Below are positions 9,916-18,689 of a stretch of 64,000 nucleotides of DNA, one piece after another. A model generated the notes under the pieces. The model was not told the origin of the DNA. It did no database searches and saw only the letters and a program-made list of their open reading frames with translations. Origin of the DNA: Thermanaerothrix sp. (GTDB lineage: Bacteria; Synergistota; Synergistia; Synergistales; Synergistaceae); contig JAOACP010000002.1 in NCBI GenBank assembly GCA_026417795.1, positions 1,331 through 65,330 on the forward strand. The letters run 5' to 3'. A program made the translations under genes and the position numbers. Within the stretch, counting starts at the first letter, position 1. Every line of letters starts with the position of its first letter.

Positions 9916-10323
9916 TCATCCCTCCGATACCCTGAACCCCATGCGGGAGAGCACGGCTTTAAGGCGCTCCCGCTGATCCCCTTGAACCAAAACCTCCCCC
10001 TCCTCCACCCTGGCGCCGCACCCAAGGGCGGTCTTGAGGGACTTGCAAAGCCCCTTCAGCTCCTCCGCCGAAAGGCCCTTGACCAGAACCGCCGTGCACT
10101 GGTGCCCCCCAAGGCCCTTCCTCCGTATCGACAGGGACGCGGATAGCCCCACCCTGTCCTTCTTTTCCTTGCCCGCGGAAGCCTCCGAAGAGGGCTTTCC
10201 CTTTCTCTGACTTCCCTCCCCTGGAGACTGCGGGCCAAGCTCAAGCCCCGCGGATCGAAGCGCGGCTCCCAAGCTGTTTATGTCACCCACGCTCTCCTGC
10301 AGGGGGATCTTCTTCTTAACCAT
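9916..10323 (-). CDS. yciH: SUI1/YciH-family translation initiation factor-like protein
   Basis: C-terminal SUI1 fold pattern (RRKGLGGHQCTAVLVKGLS...LKTALGCGARVEEGEVLVQGDQRERLKAVL) behind a low-complexity N-terminus. Confidence 0.8.
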   Translation of the reverse strand: MVKKKIPLQESVGDINSLGAALRSAGLELGPQSPGEGSQRKGKPSSEASAGKEKKDRVGLSASLSIRRKGLGGHQCTAVLVKGLSAEELKGLCKSLKTALGCGARVEEGEVLVQGDQRERLKAVLSRMGFRVSEG

Positions 10324-13216
10324 CAGGGAACACCGCCCCCTCTATCACATCCATCCTCAACCGTTCCTCCAGGAAGTCCGCCAAGGCGTCGTAGCGCCTC
10401 TCCCTCATGGCCCTGCCGGTAAGCCCCTCCCCGCGGAGCTCCGGGAGCCCGCGGGCGCGCCTTATGAAGTTCAAAAGGGCCCGCCGGAACACCGGGTCGT
10501 CCGCAAGGCCGTGCAGGTAGCTGCCGAAGACCCGGCCATCAAGCCCAAAGGCCCCGTCGGGACGGCCCCTACCGTCATCCCATACGGTGAGGGGAGCTGT
10601 CCCTCCTTCCGCGAGCGAGGTCTCACCGGCGTGGATCTCGTAGCCCTTCACACAAGCCCCCTTGAGCCCCTCAAGCCAGAAGCCGCCGTTCACCGCCGCG
10701 GACGCCGGACGGGCCACCTTGTGGTCCCTGAAAACGGTCCTCACCGGCAGAAGCCTAAGGCCCTCCTCGAAGCCGCCCCCCTCGACCCCAAGGGGGTCCT
10801 CCACCGAGAGCCCCAGCATCTGGTAGCCGCCGCATATGCCCCAAACCACGGCGCCGTCCTCCAACGCATCCCCTATGGCCTTGGGGAAACCCATGGCCTT
10901 GAGCCACCGCAGGTCCTCCAGGGTGGTCTTGGTGCCGGGTATTATCACCAGGTCCGCCCCCCTTATGTCCCCCGGATGGGAGGCGAAGACCACCCGGCAC
11001 CGGTCCTCCCCAAGGGCGTCGAAGTCCGTGAAGTTGGACATCCTGGGAAGCGATATGACCGCCGCCCTAAGCTCCCCTTGGCCGAAGTCCCGGCGGTTCA
11101 GGCTGTCCTCGGCGGGTATTGAGAGATCCCTAATCAGGGGCAGCACCCCAAGAACCGGCCTTCCGGTCCTCTTCTCAAGGAAACGGACCCCCTGGTCAAA
11201 AAGCGACGGATCCCCCCTGAAGCGGTTCACCACCAGCCCGCCTATAAAGGGCCTGTCCATGGGGTGCACAAGGTCCAAGGTGCCCCACAGGGCGGCGAAA
11301 ACGCCCCCCCGCTCTATGTCCGCCGCCAGGATGCCGAAGGCCTCGGCGAAACGGGCCATCCTCAAGTTCACCAGGTCCTTATGGTACAGGTTCATCTCCG
11401 CGGGGCTCCCGGCCCCCTCCATCACTACCAGGTCGGAGCTGGACAAGAGCTCCGACAAGGCCTCCGCCGCCAGGGGGAAGAGCTCCTCCGAGAGGTTACG
11501 GTGGTACTCCCCGGCAGACCAGTGGCCAAGCACCCTACCCTTCACTATCACCTGGCTAACCGAGTCCCCCATGGGCTTTAACAGCACCGGGTTGTGCAGC
11601 GGCGAGGGCTCCACCCCCGCCGCCTCGGCCTGAACCGCCTGGGCGGTCCCCATCTCCCCCCAGGGGGTTGAGAAGGCGTTGAGCGCCATGTTCTGGGCCT
11701 TGAAGGGGTTCACCCTAAGGCCCCGCCTTGCGAACACCCGGCAAAGCCCCGTGGCCAGGAAGCTCTTGCCAGCGTCGCTGGAGGCCCCCAGCACCATGAG
11801 CGCCCGGCCCCTCTTCCTAACCCTTGGGGTCGACCCCTTAGGCCTGGCTGCTTGACGCCCTTCGGCCCACAAGGCGCAGGCCGAAAGGAAACGCTCCGCC
11901 AGATGCGGCTCTCCCAGCATGTCCACGTGGGCGTAAGAGGCGAAAAGCCGCGCATCCCCGTACCCGCACCGCCAGGAGCGCCCGTCCGAGGCCTTCCGGA
12001 CCTCCATGAGCGGCTCCTCCGGCCCCTCGCAGAAGGAGTAGTGGAACTCGTGGGCCCGGAAAAGCGTCCCAGCGCCGCCCACGAGGCAGTCCTTCTCAAG
12101 TCGGCACTCCACGTAGCCGAAACGCTGAAGCCGGGGCTTGAAATCGAAGCCAAGCCTAAGAAGCCCCCCCATGGAAGCGCCGCGCCCCGCGGGGTCCCTC
12201 ATGCGCTCCCCAAGCACCATCATGCCCCCGCACTCGCCGTAGGTGGGCATCCCAGCCTCCCTTGCCCGACGCAGGGAACCAATGAACGGCGACAGCGAGA
12301 GCCGGTCCATGTGCTCCTCCGGATACCCACCCGGGAGGATCAGGCCATGGACGCCCTCGGGTATCTCCTCTTCAACGGGGCTGAAGGGGACTATCTCAGC
12401 CCCCATGGACTCAAGGGCGAAGAGGGAGCTTTGGTAGACGAACGAGAAGGCCCGGTCCCTGGCAAGGGCCACCCTAAGGGGCCTTCCGTTCCGAAGGGCC
12501 TTTAGCGGCCCAAGGCTCGGCTCCTTGAGGGGCCCTGCCTTGGGCTCCTCCGCCAGCCCCTCAAGGGCCTGCAAAAGGGAAGGGTCCAGGGACTCCCCCA
12601 TCCAGCGGACCGCCTCCATGAGGGCCGGTCCTTCAAAGGCCTGGCAGAGCCCCAGGTGTCTTGATGGAAGGGATCTTTCGTGCCTTTGGACCTGCCCCAG
12701 CACCGGGGGCAGGTGATAGGGTTCGAGCCAGGCTCTTACCATCTCCCCGTGGGATGGGCCTGCGATGCGGTTCAGTATCATGCCCCTGATCTCAGGGGCC
12801 CCCGGGGCGTTCACCAGCCCCCAGGCCATGGCCCCCAGGGTGGGGGAGGCGTTAAGACAGTCCAACACCAGCACCACCGGCAGCCCCAGCTCCCAGGCCA
12901 CCCATGCGGTGGAGAAGTCCCCCTTGGGGTTCAAGCCGTCGTAGAGCCCCATCACCCCTTCCACCAGGGCCACGTCCGCCCCACAGGAGGCGTGCCTGTA
13001 GATCCAAGGCAAAAGGCCGGGGGTAAGGAACCCGTCCAGGTTCCAGCACTCCCGGCCCGAAGCGGCGGAAAGGTAAGAGGGGTCTATGTAGTCGGGCCCC
13101 ACCTTGAAGGTTTGAACCTTGGCGCCCCTCCTCCCCATGGCCCACGCCAGGGCGGCGCACAGGGAGGTCTTCCCGGAGGAGCTGCCGGGGGCGGCCAGAA
13201 CTAGCCCCCTGGTCAC
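10316..13216 (-). CDS. cbiA-cbiP: Fusion protein: cobyrinic acid a,c-diamide synthase (CbiA) + cobyric acid synthase (CbiP/CobQ)
   Basis: N-half: LAAPGSSSGKTSLCAAL, KVGPDYIDP and a GATase part (YGECGGMMVLG). C-half starts near aa 475: LMVLGASSDAGKSFLATGLCR, NPFKAQNMALN, GICGGYQMLG. One uninterrupted 966-aa frame. Confidence 0.85.
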   Translation of the reverse strand: MTRGLVLAAPGSSSGKTSLCAALAWAMGRRGAKVQTFKVGPDYIDPSYLSAASGRECWNLDGFLTPGLLPWIYRHASCGADVALVEGVMGLYDGLNPKGDFSTAWVAWELGLPVVLVLDCLNASPTLGAMAWGLVNAPGAPEIRGMILNRIAGPSHGEMVRAWLEPYHLPPVLGQVQRHERSLPSRHLGLCQAFEGPALMEAVRWMGESLDPSLLQALEGLAEEPKAGPLKEPSLGPLKALRNGRPLRVALARDRAFSFVYQSSLFALESMGAEIVPFSPVEEEIPEGVHGLILPGGYPEEHMDRLSLSPFIGSLRRAREAGMPTYGECGGMMVLGERMRDPAGRGASMGGLLRLGFDFKPRLQRFGYVECRLEKDCLVGGAGTLFRAHEFHYSFCEGPEEPLMEVRKASDGRSWRCGYGDARLFASYAHVDMLGEPHLAERFLSACALWAEGRQAARPKGSTPRVRKRGRALMVLGASSDAGKSFLATGLCRVFARRGLRVNPFKAQNMALNAFSTPWGEMGTAQAVQAEAAGVEPSPLHNPVLLKPMGDSVSQVIVKGRVLGHWSAGEYHRNLSEELFPLAAEALSELLSSSDLVVMEGAGSPAEMNLYHKDLVNLRMARFAEAFGILAADIERGGVFAALWGTLDLVHPMDRPFIGGLVVNRFRGDPSLFDQGVRFLEKRTGRPVLGVLPLIRDLSIPAEDSLNRRDFGQGELRAAVISLPRMSNFTDFDALGEDRCRVVFASHPGDIRGADLVIIPGTKTTLEDLRWLKAMGFPKAIGDALEDGAVVWGICGGYQMLGLSVEDPLGVEGGGFEEGLRLLPVRTVFRDHKVARPASAAVNGGFWLEGLKGACVKGYEIHAGETSLAEGGTAPLTVWDDGRGRPDGAFGLDGRVFGSYLHGLADDPVFRRALLNFIRRARGLPELRGEGLTGRAMRERRYDALADFLEERLRMDVIEGAVFPDG

Positions 13217-13220
13217 GGCG

Positions 13221-14066
13221 CTACCCCAGCATGGCCTTCAGGAACGGGGGCAGCACGAAGGCGGCCCTGTGGATCTCGTGGGAGTAGTAACGGGTGCCCT
13301 CGGGAGCGGGGCGCCGGATCTCCTGGGGGTCAAAGCCCTTGGTGCCTATGCCGTAGGTCCAGAAACCGGTTGGATACGTGGGCATGAAGCCCACCGCCAG
13401 CTTAACGACCTTGAAGACCTGCCTCAGGGCCTCGTAGGCCCCGGTCACCACGTGGGGGTCCGAGAAGGGCGACTCGGTCTGGCAGACTATGAACCCGTCC
13501 TCCCGGAGGGACCGGTGGACGTTGGCGTAGAAGGGTGCCTCGAAGAGCCCCGCGGCGAACTCCACCGGGTCGGTGCTGTCCACTATCACCACGTCGAAGG
13601 CCTCCTTGTTGTCCTCGATGAACTTGAGGGCATCCATTGGGAGCACCCGGGCCCTGGGATCATCCATGGCGCAGCTCAGGGAGGGGAAGAAGTCCTTGGC
13701 GGCCCTTATTACCTCCTCGTCTATGTCCACCAGGTAGGCCTCCTTGACGGAGTCGTGCCGGAGCACCTCCCGCAAGGTCCCCCCGTCGCCGCCCCCCACT
13801 ATGAGCACCTTCTCCGGGTTGGGGTGGGAACACAGGGCCAGGTGGCTCATCATCTCGTGGTAGCAGAACTCATCCCGCTCGGTCACCTGGATGGCCCCGT
13901 CCAGCACCATCACCTTGCCGTACTCGGGGGTCTCAACCACCAGCAGGTCCTGGTACTGGGATTTTATGTTCCTCAAGACCTGGGTCATCCGAAGCCCCAG
14001 CTTCATGTTGTGGGTCTGCTCCTCAAAGAGCCACATCTCGTTAAGCCTCTTGGGACGAACTTCCAT
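13221..14066 (-). CDS. speE: Spermidine synthase
   Basis: VLDGAIQVTERDEFCYHEMM, VLIVGGGDGGTLREV, VDSTDP. Confidence 0.92.
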   Translation of the reverse strand: MEVRPKRLNEMWLFEEQTHNMKLGLRMTQVLRNIKSQYQDLLVVETPEYGKVMVLDGAIQVTERDEFCYHEMMSHLALCSHPNPEKVLIVGGGDGGTLREVLRHDSVKEAYLVDIDEEVIRAAKDFFPSLSCAMDDPRARVLPMDALKFIEDNKEAFDVVIVDSTDPVEFAAGLFEAPFYANVHRSLREDGFIVCQTESPFSDPHVVTGAYEALRQVFKVVKLAVGFMPTYPTGFWTYGIGTKGFDPQEIRRPAPEGTRYYSHEIHRAAFVLPPFLKAMLG

Positions 14067-14197
14067 AGGTATCCCTCCTTAAGGGGGTTTATCATCCAAC
14101 ACCCGATGCCCCTGCCCTTGTACGCACGACGTCTCAGCTGTGTAAAACCCGCCGTCCAGGGGCAGCCAAGGGGCCGGCCATGGGGTTTGATTTTACA

Positions 14198-16354
14198 TCA
14201 TTCCTCCCGGTCCCTGAAGCGGTCGAAGATGCTGCCCATCACCTCGTGGTTCTGCCGGAACCACTCCAGCACCTCCGGGGCGAAGTGCTCCGGCCGGGTC
14301 CTGCCGTCGCCCATAAGTATTACCCTCACCGCCTCCTCGTGGGAGAAGCCCCTCTTGTACGACCGGTTGGACCTCAACGCGTCGTATATGTCCGCCAATG
14401 CCATCACCCTACCCTCCCAGGGGATCTGCTGCCCCGAAAGGCCGAAGGGATAGCCGCTGCCGTCCCACTTCTCGTGGTGGGTGAGGCATACCCGGCGCGC
14501 CATGGCGAGCCACTCCGCGTCGCCTATTATCTCCGCCCCCCAAACGGTATGGCGCTTCACCATCTCGAACTCTTCCGACGTAAGCCCCGACGGCTTGGAG
14601 AGCACATGGTGGGGCACCTTGAGCTTGCCTATGTCGTGGAGCCTGGCAAAGATCCCCATGTCCTCCACCTCCTGGGGGCTGCGCCCCAGGTCCCTGGCTA
14701 TGCGGGTCACGTAGGCGCCTATGCGGCTTAGGTGCTCCTCGGTCTCGTTGTGGTATATGCCGGTTATCTCCTGTAGCTTCTGGGCCAGATAATAGTAGGA
14801 CTCCCGGATCTCCTGCCGGGACTTGCTGGCGTCAAGGAACCCCGCAAGCACCGACGCCACGGGTATCAAGGTCTCCAACATGGCCTCGTCCCTCTTGCGC
14901 CTCTCGGTGAAGCTCACCGTGAGCCCTCCAACGGGACGGCCCATGTGGGACAGCCCCATGGCCACCTCGGTCACCACCGCCTCGTGAAGGGTCAGGTACC
15001 CGGCTTCACTCCTCACGTCCTCCGCCCATATTAGGCCTTCCTTCACCGCCCGGCCTATGAGGGACGAGTGGACGTTCACCGGCTCCGGGGGAAGCCCTTC
15101 TTCGTATCCGCTGTAAGCCACCGGTATCAGGGTGTCCCCCTCCAGGCGGTCCACCACCACCCCGAAGGCCGAAAGCATCTCCCTTATGGTCTCCGCTATG
15201 CGACCCACCTCGTCGGGGGCCTGGTAGCCCGAACGGACAAGCTTCGCCACCTGCAGGGTCTGCCCCCATATCTGCTCCCGCTTGCGAAGTATGTCGTTGG
15301 ACTCCGCCAGGGAGGCGTTCATGGCGGCCACCTCTTCGCCAAAGGCGTTTATCTCCTCCTGCTGGGACCACAATACCCTCATGGCGGCCCCAAGGCCCGA
15401 AAGCACCGAGTGAAGCTCCTCAAGGTTGCAGCGGGACTTGCGCCTTTCCACGTCCTGGGACAGGGCGTCTATGACCTGGGACAGGTCCTCGGGACACCGT
15501 ATGGTCGAGAGGTCCCGCTCCATCTTCTCAAAGAAGTCCGTCATGTCCTTCACGTCCGGCATCACCTGGTTCTTCCAAAGCCTGTAGAAGAGGAACAGTA
15601 TGCCAAGCATCATGAAGGACATGGCGATGGGCACCGCGGAACCGGACAGGACCTTCACCAGTATCTCCCCTTCGGGCACCACCACCAAAAGCCGCATCCC
15701 CTGAACCCGGAAGCACTTGGCCCAGTAGGCCCTGCCGTCGTCTATCCTGCCCCTAGACCAGGATTCGCAGTTAAGCATCCTCCTGTCAATCCAGCCCCGG
15801 ATGGAGAAGTACCTTCCGAAGGGACCATCCTCCGCCCATATGACCCGGCCGTCCTCCCCCGCCAGCACCGGCAGGACCAACGACGACCCCTTGAAGCCCA
15901 GGGCATTCTCGTCCATCCTGATGCCCACCAGGTACTCGGACCCCTCCAGCTCCCGCACGGTGACGAACTGAGGGTACCCGTCGGGGTTGTAAAGGCTGGA
16001 CACCTCCCAGACGCCCCTCAGCCGGTCCAGCTCCCGAAGGCGCACCCCGTGAGGGATATATCCCCTAAAGGGCTCCTCCGCCTGATCCTCGAGGATCCGC
16101 ACGAGTAGCTCCACCTCCGGAAAGTAGGTCTCCGCCTTGTAGGGCGCCGCAGCTATGTAGGAGGCCTTCACCAGCTCCGAGTCAAGGTGCCGAACCAGGT
16201 TTGACGCCATGCTCTCCGTGGCGTTCCAGGCGTTCCTCTGCTGGTCCCGCAGGGCGGACCGGAAAAGATAAGCCCCCTGGAGGAACAGCATGAAGGCCCC
16301 AAGGGAGGCGAAGAACCAGAACCAACGGACGAAAAGCCACTTAAATGACGTCAA
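14198..16354 (-). CDS. Membrane sensor protein: periplasmic domain, GAF, then HD-GYP c-di-GMP phosphodiesterase domain
   Basis: Two TM segments around a roughly 200-aa extracytoplasmic region. HD-GYP signature: HDIGKLKVP ... HHEKWDGSGYPFGL ... ALADIYDAL. Confidence 0.85.
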   Translation of the reverse strand: MTSFKWLFVRWFWFFASLGAFMLFLQGAYLFRSALRDQQRNAWNATESMASNLVRHLDSELVKASYIAAAPYKAETYFPEVELLVRILEDQAEEPFRGYIPHGVRLRELDRLRGVWEVSSLYNPDGYPQFVTVRELEGSEYLVGIRMDENALGFKGSSLVLPVLAGEDGRVIWAEDGPFGRYFSIRGWIDRRMLNCESWSRGRIDDGRAYWAKCFRVQGMRLLVVVPEGEILVKVLSGSAVPIAMSFMMLGILFLFYRLWKNQVMPDVKDMTDFFEKMERDLSTIRCPEDLSQVIDALSQDVERRKSRCNLEELHSVLSGLGAAMRVLWSQQEEINAFGEEVAAMNASLAESNDILRKREQIWGQTLQVAKLVRSGYQAPDEVGRIAETIREMLSAFGVVVDRLEGDTLIPVAYSGYEEGLPPEPVNVHSSLIGRAVKEGLIWAEDVRSEAGYLTLHEAVVTEVAMGLSHMGRPVGGLTVSFTERRKRDEAMLETLIPVASVLAGFLDASKSRQEIRESYYYLAQKLQEITGIYHNETEEHLSRIGAYVTRIARDLGRSPQEVEDMGIFARLHDIGKLKVPHHVLSKPSGLTSEEFEMVKRHTVWGAEIIGDAEWLAMARRVCLTHHEKWDGSGYPFGLSGQQIPWEGRVMALADIYDALRSNRSYKRGFSHEEAVRVILMGDGRTRPEHFAPEVLEWFRQNHEVMGSIFDRFRDREE

Positions 16355-17514
16355 CGGCCACCCACCTCCCCAAGGTTCCTCCAGACGGCCCCGTCGTACC
16401 TCACCTGATAGAGGGGCAGCACCACGTCTCCCGCCGGATCCACGGGGAAGTCTCCCCGGAGGGTCTTAACGGTCTTCATGGACCTAAGGGCCTCCGCGGC
16501 CCCCTTTGGGCCCTTGGGGCCTAACACCGCCTCTGCCGCCATGGACACCGCCCCGTACCCGGAGTCCACCGCCGGAAGGGAGGGGATGCCCGCTATCCTA
16601 TCCTTAAGGTACTTCATGAACGGATGTTCCATGTCCAGCTCCACGGGGGAGAACACCACCGACAGCCCCAGGGACTCGGGCCCCGCCAGCCGGGCGCTGA
16701 CGGAGGACACGCCCCAGCCCGCCACGGCGCAGGGCACATCTCCCTTGAGGCTGCCCACCATCTCCATGAATATGCCCGCGTAGTACGCCGGCATGGCAAG
16801 GTAAAAACCGTCGTACCCGCCGGTTACAACCTCAAGCCGGAAGGAGCTGTAAAGGTCCGAGGGCACCCCGATCAGGGTCTTCTTCGGGGCCGTACCAAGG
16901 CCCGACGCGAAGCCATCCAGCTGGCCCCTTGTGTAAACCAGGTTGGACGAGTCCAGCACTGCCAGGTACCGCTTGAAGGCCGGATACTGCAAACGGGCCG
17001 TCTGCCCCAGCTCCACCGCCCCCGATGGGCCGGAGTAGCGGTATAGAAGATCCCCCTTCACCGCAAGGGCGGGGGCGTTGGCGTTGGTGGCTATGGAGGG
17101 TATCCCCTCCTTCTCAAGGAGCGGATGAACCCGGGACACGAACCCCGACGTGGCCCCCACTATCACCACCCAGGCCCCGGAGTCCTTGATGGCCTTCAAC
17201 GCCTCCTGGTCCGTCATGCCGGTAACCACCAGGGGTCTTATGCGAAGCCCCCTGTGCCGCGCCTCGGCGTTGAAGTAGTCCACCGCGAATAGGGCGCACT
17301 GCTGCACCTCCCGGGACAGCGCCGCCCCTGACCCCTTAGACTCGAACCAAAGGGCCACCACCGCCTCCCTGGGGCCCATGAGCTTGAACCCCAAGACCGC
17401 CAAAAGGCACAGGGCCCCAAACCCCGCCGCCAGTGACAGGGGCCTTGAGATTTTAAGCGTTTTAAACAACCCAGCTACCCTAGATCCCGCTCCGACCCGC
17501 AGCCCCAAGGACAA
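16351..17514 (-). CDS. Membrane-anchored type-1 periplasmic binding protein (Leu/Ile/Val-binding-protein-like fold)
   Basis: N-terminal hydrophobic anchor (LAAGFGALCLLAVLGF), then a PBP-like alternating pattern. 4-nt overlap with the HD-GYP gene. Family call is by general resemblance only. Confidence 0.55.
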   Translation of the reverse strand: MSLGLRVGAGSRVAGLFKTLKISRPLSLAAGFGALCLLAVLGFKLMGPREAVVALWFESKGSGAALSREVQQCALFAVDYFNAEARHRGLRIRPLVVTGMTDQEALKAIKDSGAWVVIVGATSGFVSRVHPLLEKEGIPSIATNANAPALAVKGDLLYRYSGPSGAVELGQTARLQYPAFKRYLAVLDSSNLVYTRGQLDGFASGLGTAPKKTLIGVPSDLYSSFRLEVVTGGYDGFYLAMPAYYAGIFMEMVGSLKGDVPCAVAGWGVSSVSARLAGPESLGLSVVFSPVELDMEHPFMKYLKDRIAGIPSLPAVDSGYGAVSMAAEAVLGPKGPKGAAEALRSMKTVKTLRGDFPVDPAGDVVLPLYQVRYDGAVWRNLGEVGGR

Positions 17515-17665
17515 TCACCGTGCCTTCCCGCAAGCCGCAAACGGCGTTTTTGTTTTTGCCGCCAAGGACGGGCGGCCATCAAACGACAATAACTCTTCGC
17601 CACCCCTTCCCCATGAATTGTATCAAACTCCACCGGTGAAACTGGATCGGATAAAAATAAAAATT

Positions 17666-17682
17666 TTGGCATGTAGTGCCAA
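17666..17682 (+). promoter_or_regulatory. Perfect inverted repeat TTGGCA-TGTAG-TGCCAA upstream of the metal-uptake genes (candidate operator)
   Basis: 6+6 nt perfect inverted repeat with a 5-nt spacer, about 40 nt upstream of a TATAAT (17720-17725) and 94 nt upstream of ATG 17776. Confidence 0.3.
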
Positions 17683-17775
17683 GTTCATTTTAACCTTTTT
17701 AGCGGGCCGCACAATGGGTTATAATGAACCCCACGAAATCAAAAATCGTTTTTCTCAAAGGAAGGTGATAAGGCG

Positions 17776-18684
17776 ATGAGCAAAACCAAGTGGATCCGTT
17801 TCCACCTCTTACTAGCCGCCTTGGCCCTGCCGGCCTTGTCCCTTTTAGGCCCTTCATGGGGCGCCCGCTTGGGCCCCATGCCCGCGTGGGGCCACGACAA
17901 GAGGCTCACGGTGCTCTGTCCTGTGGAGCCCCTGTCCTACCTGGCCCGCCGGGTGGGGGGTGACCGGGTAAAGGTGGTGACCTTGATACCCAAGGGGGCG
18001 GACCCCCATTCCTTCGAGATGCGCCCAAGCCACGCCAGGGCCATATCCCAGGTGGACGTGATGTTTTACCTGGGGCTCCCGTTGGAGGAGTCGCTCCTTC
18101 CGAAGCTCGAGTCCAGCAAGGTACGGGTGGCGCCCCTTAAGTTCTCAAAGCTCAAAGGGCACCACCATGGGGAAGACGCGGGGCATGGCGAGTCCTTCGA
18201 CCCCCACGCCTGGAACTCGCTCTCCAACGGAAGGTCCATGGCGGTCTCCATGGCGGAGACGTTGAAGGCCTTAGACCCGGCCAACGGGGCGGTCTACGAC
18301 GCCAACCTGGCGTCTTTGCTTAAGGACATGGACCGGCTTGACCGGGAGATCTCAACCCTCCTCTCCCCATTCAAGGGGCGGGCGGTGCTGGCCTACCACC
18401 CGGCGTGGAACTACTTCTGCGCCGAGAGGGGCATTATTCCCCTTGCGGTGGAGTCCCGGGGGATGGAGGCAAGACCAAAGGAGCTGGCCAAGCTGCGGGA
18501 GGAGGTGCGCCGGCGGGGCATAAGGGTCATGTTCGTCCAGCCCTCCGCCTCTGGCCCCGCTTCAAAGGCCACCGCCTCCATGCTCAAGGTAAAGCCCGTG
18601 GAGCTGGACCCTTTGGAGGGGGACTGGTTTAAGATGATGCAGAAGACCGCCAGGGCCTTCGCGGAGGCCCTGAAGGGGAGGTGA
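17776..18684 (+). CDS. znuA: Cluster A-I metal (Zn/Mn) substrate-binding protein, ZnuA/TroA family
   Basis: Signal peptide (LLLAALALPALSLLG), GADPHSFE, His-rich loop KGHHHGEDAGHGESFDPHAWN, AYHPAWNYF. Confidence 0.85.
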   Translation: MSKTKWIRFHLLLAALALPALSLLGPSWGARLGPMPAWGHDKRLTVLCPVEPLSYLARRVGGDRVKVVTLIPKGADPHSFEMRPSHARAISQVDVMFYLGLPLEESLLPKLESSKVRVAPLKFSKLKGHHHGEDAGHGESFDPHAWNSLSNGRSMAVSMAETLKALDPANGAVYDANLASLLKDMDRLDREISTLLSPFKGRAVLAYHPAWNYFCAERGIIPLAVESRGMEARPKELAKLREEVRRRGIRVMFVQPSASGPASKATASMLKVKPVELDPLEGDWFKMMQKTARAFAEALKGR

Positions 18685-18689
18685 CCTCC

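Noticed and set aside
13119-14453. 444-aa ORF antisense to speE and the cbiA-cbiP 5' end
   Set aside because: Same compositional artefact. It spans two real genes and an intergenic region on the other strand.
17666-17682. Possible sigma-54 promoter (TGGCA...TGC)
   Set aside because: The GG and GC dinucleotides are separated by 8 nt rather than the 10 nt of the -24/-12 consensus. Kept only as a generic palindromic operator candidate.
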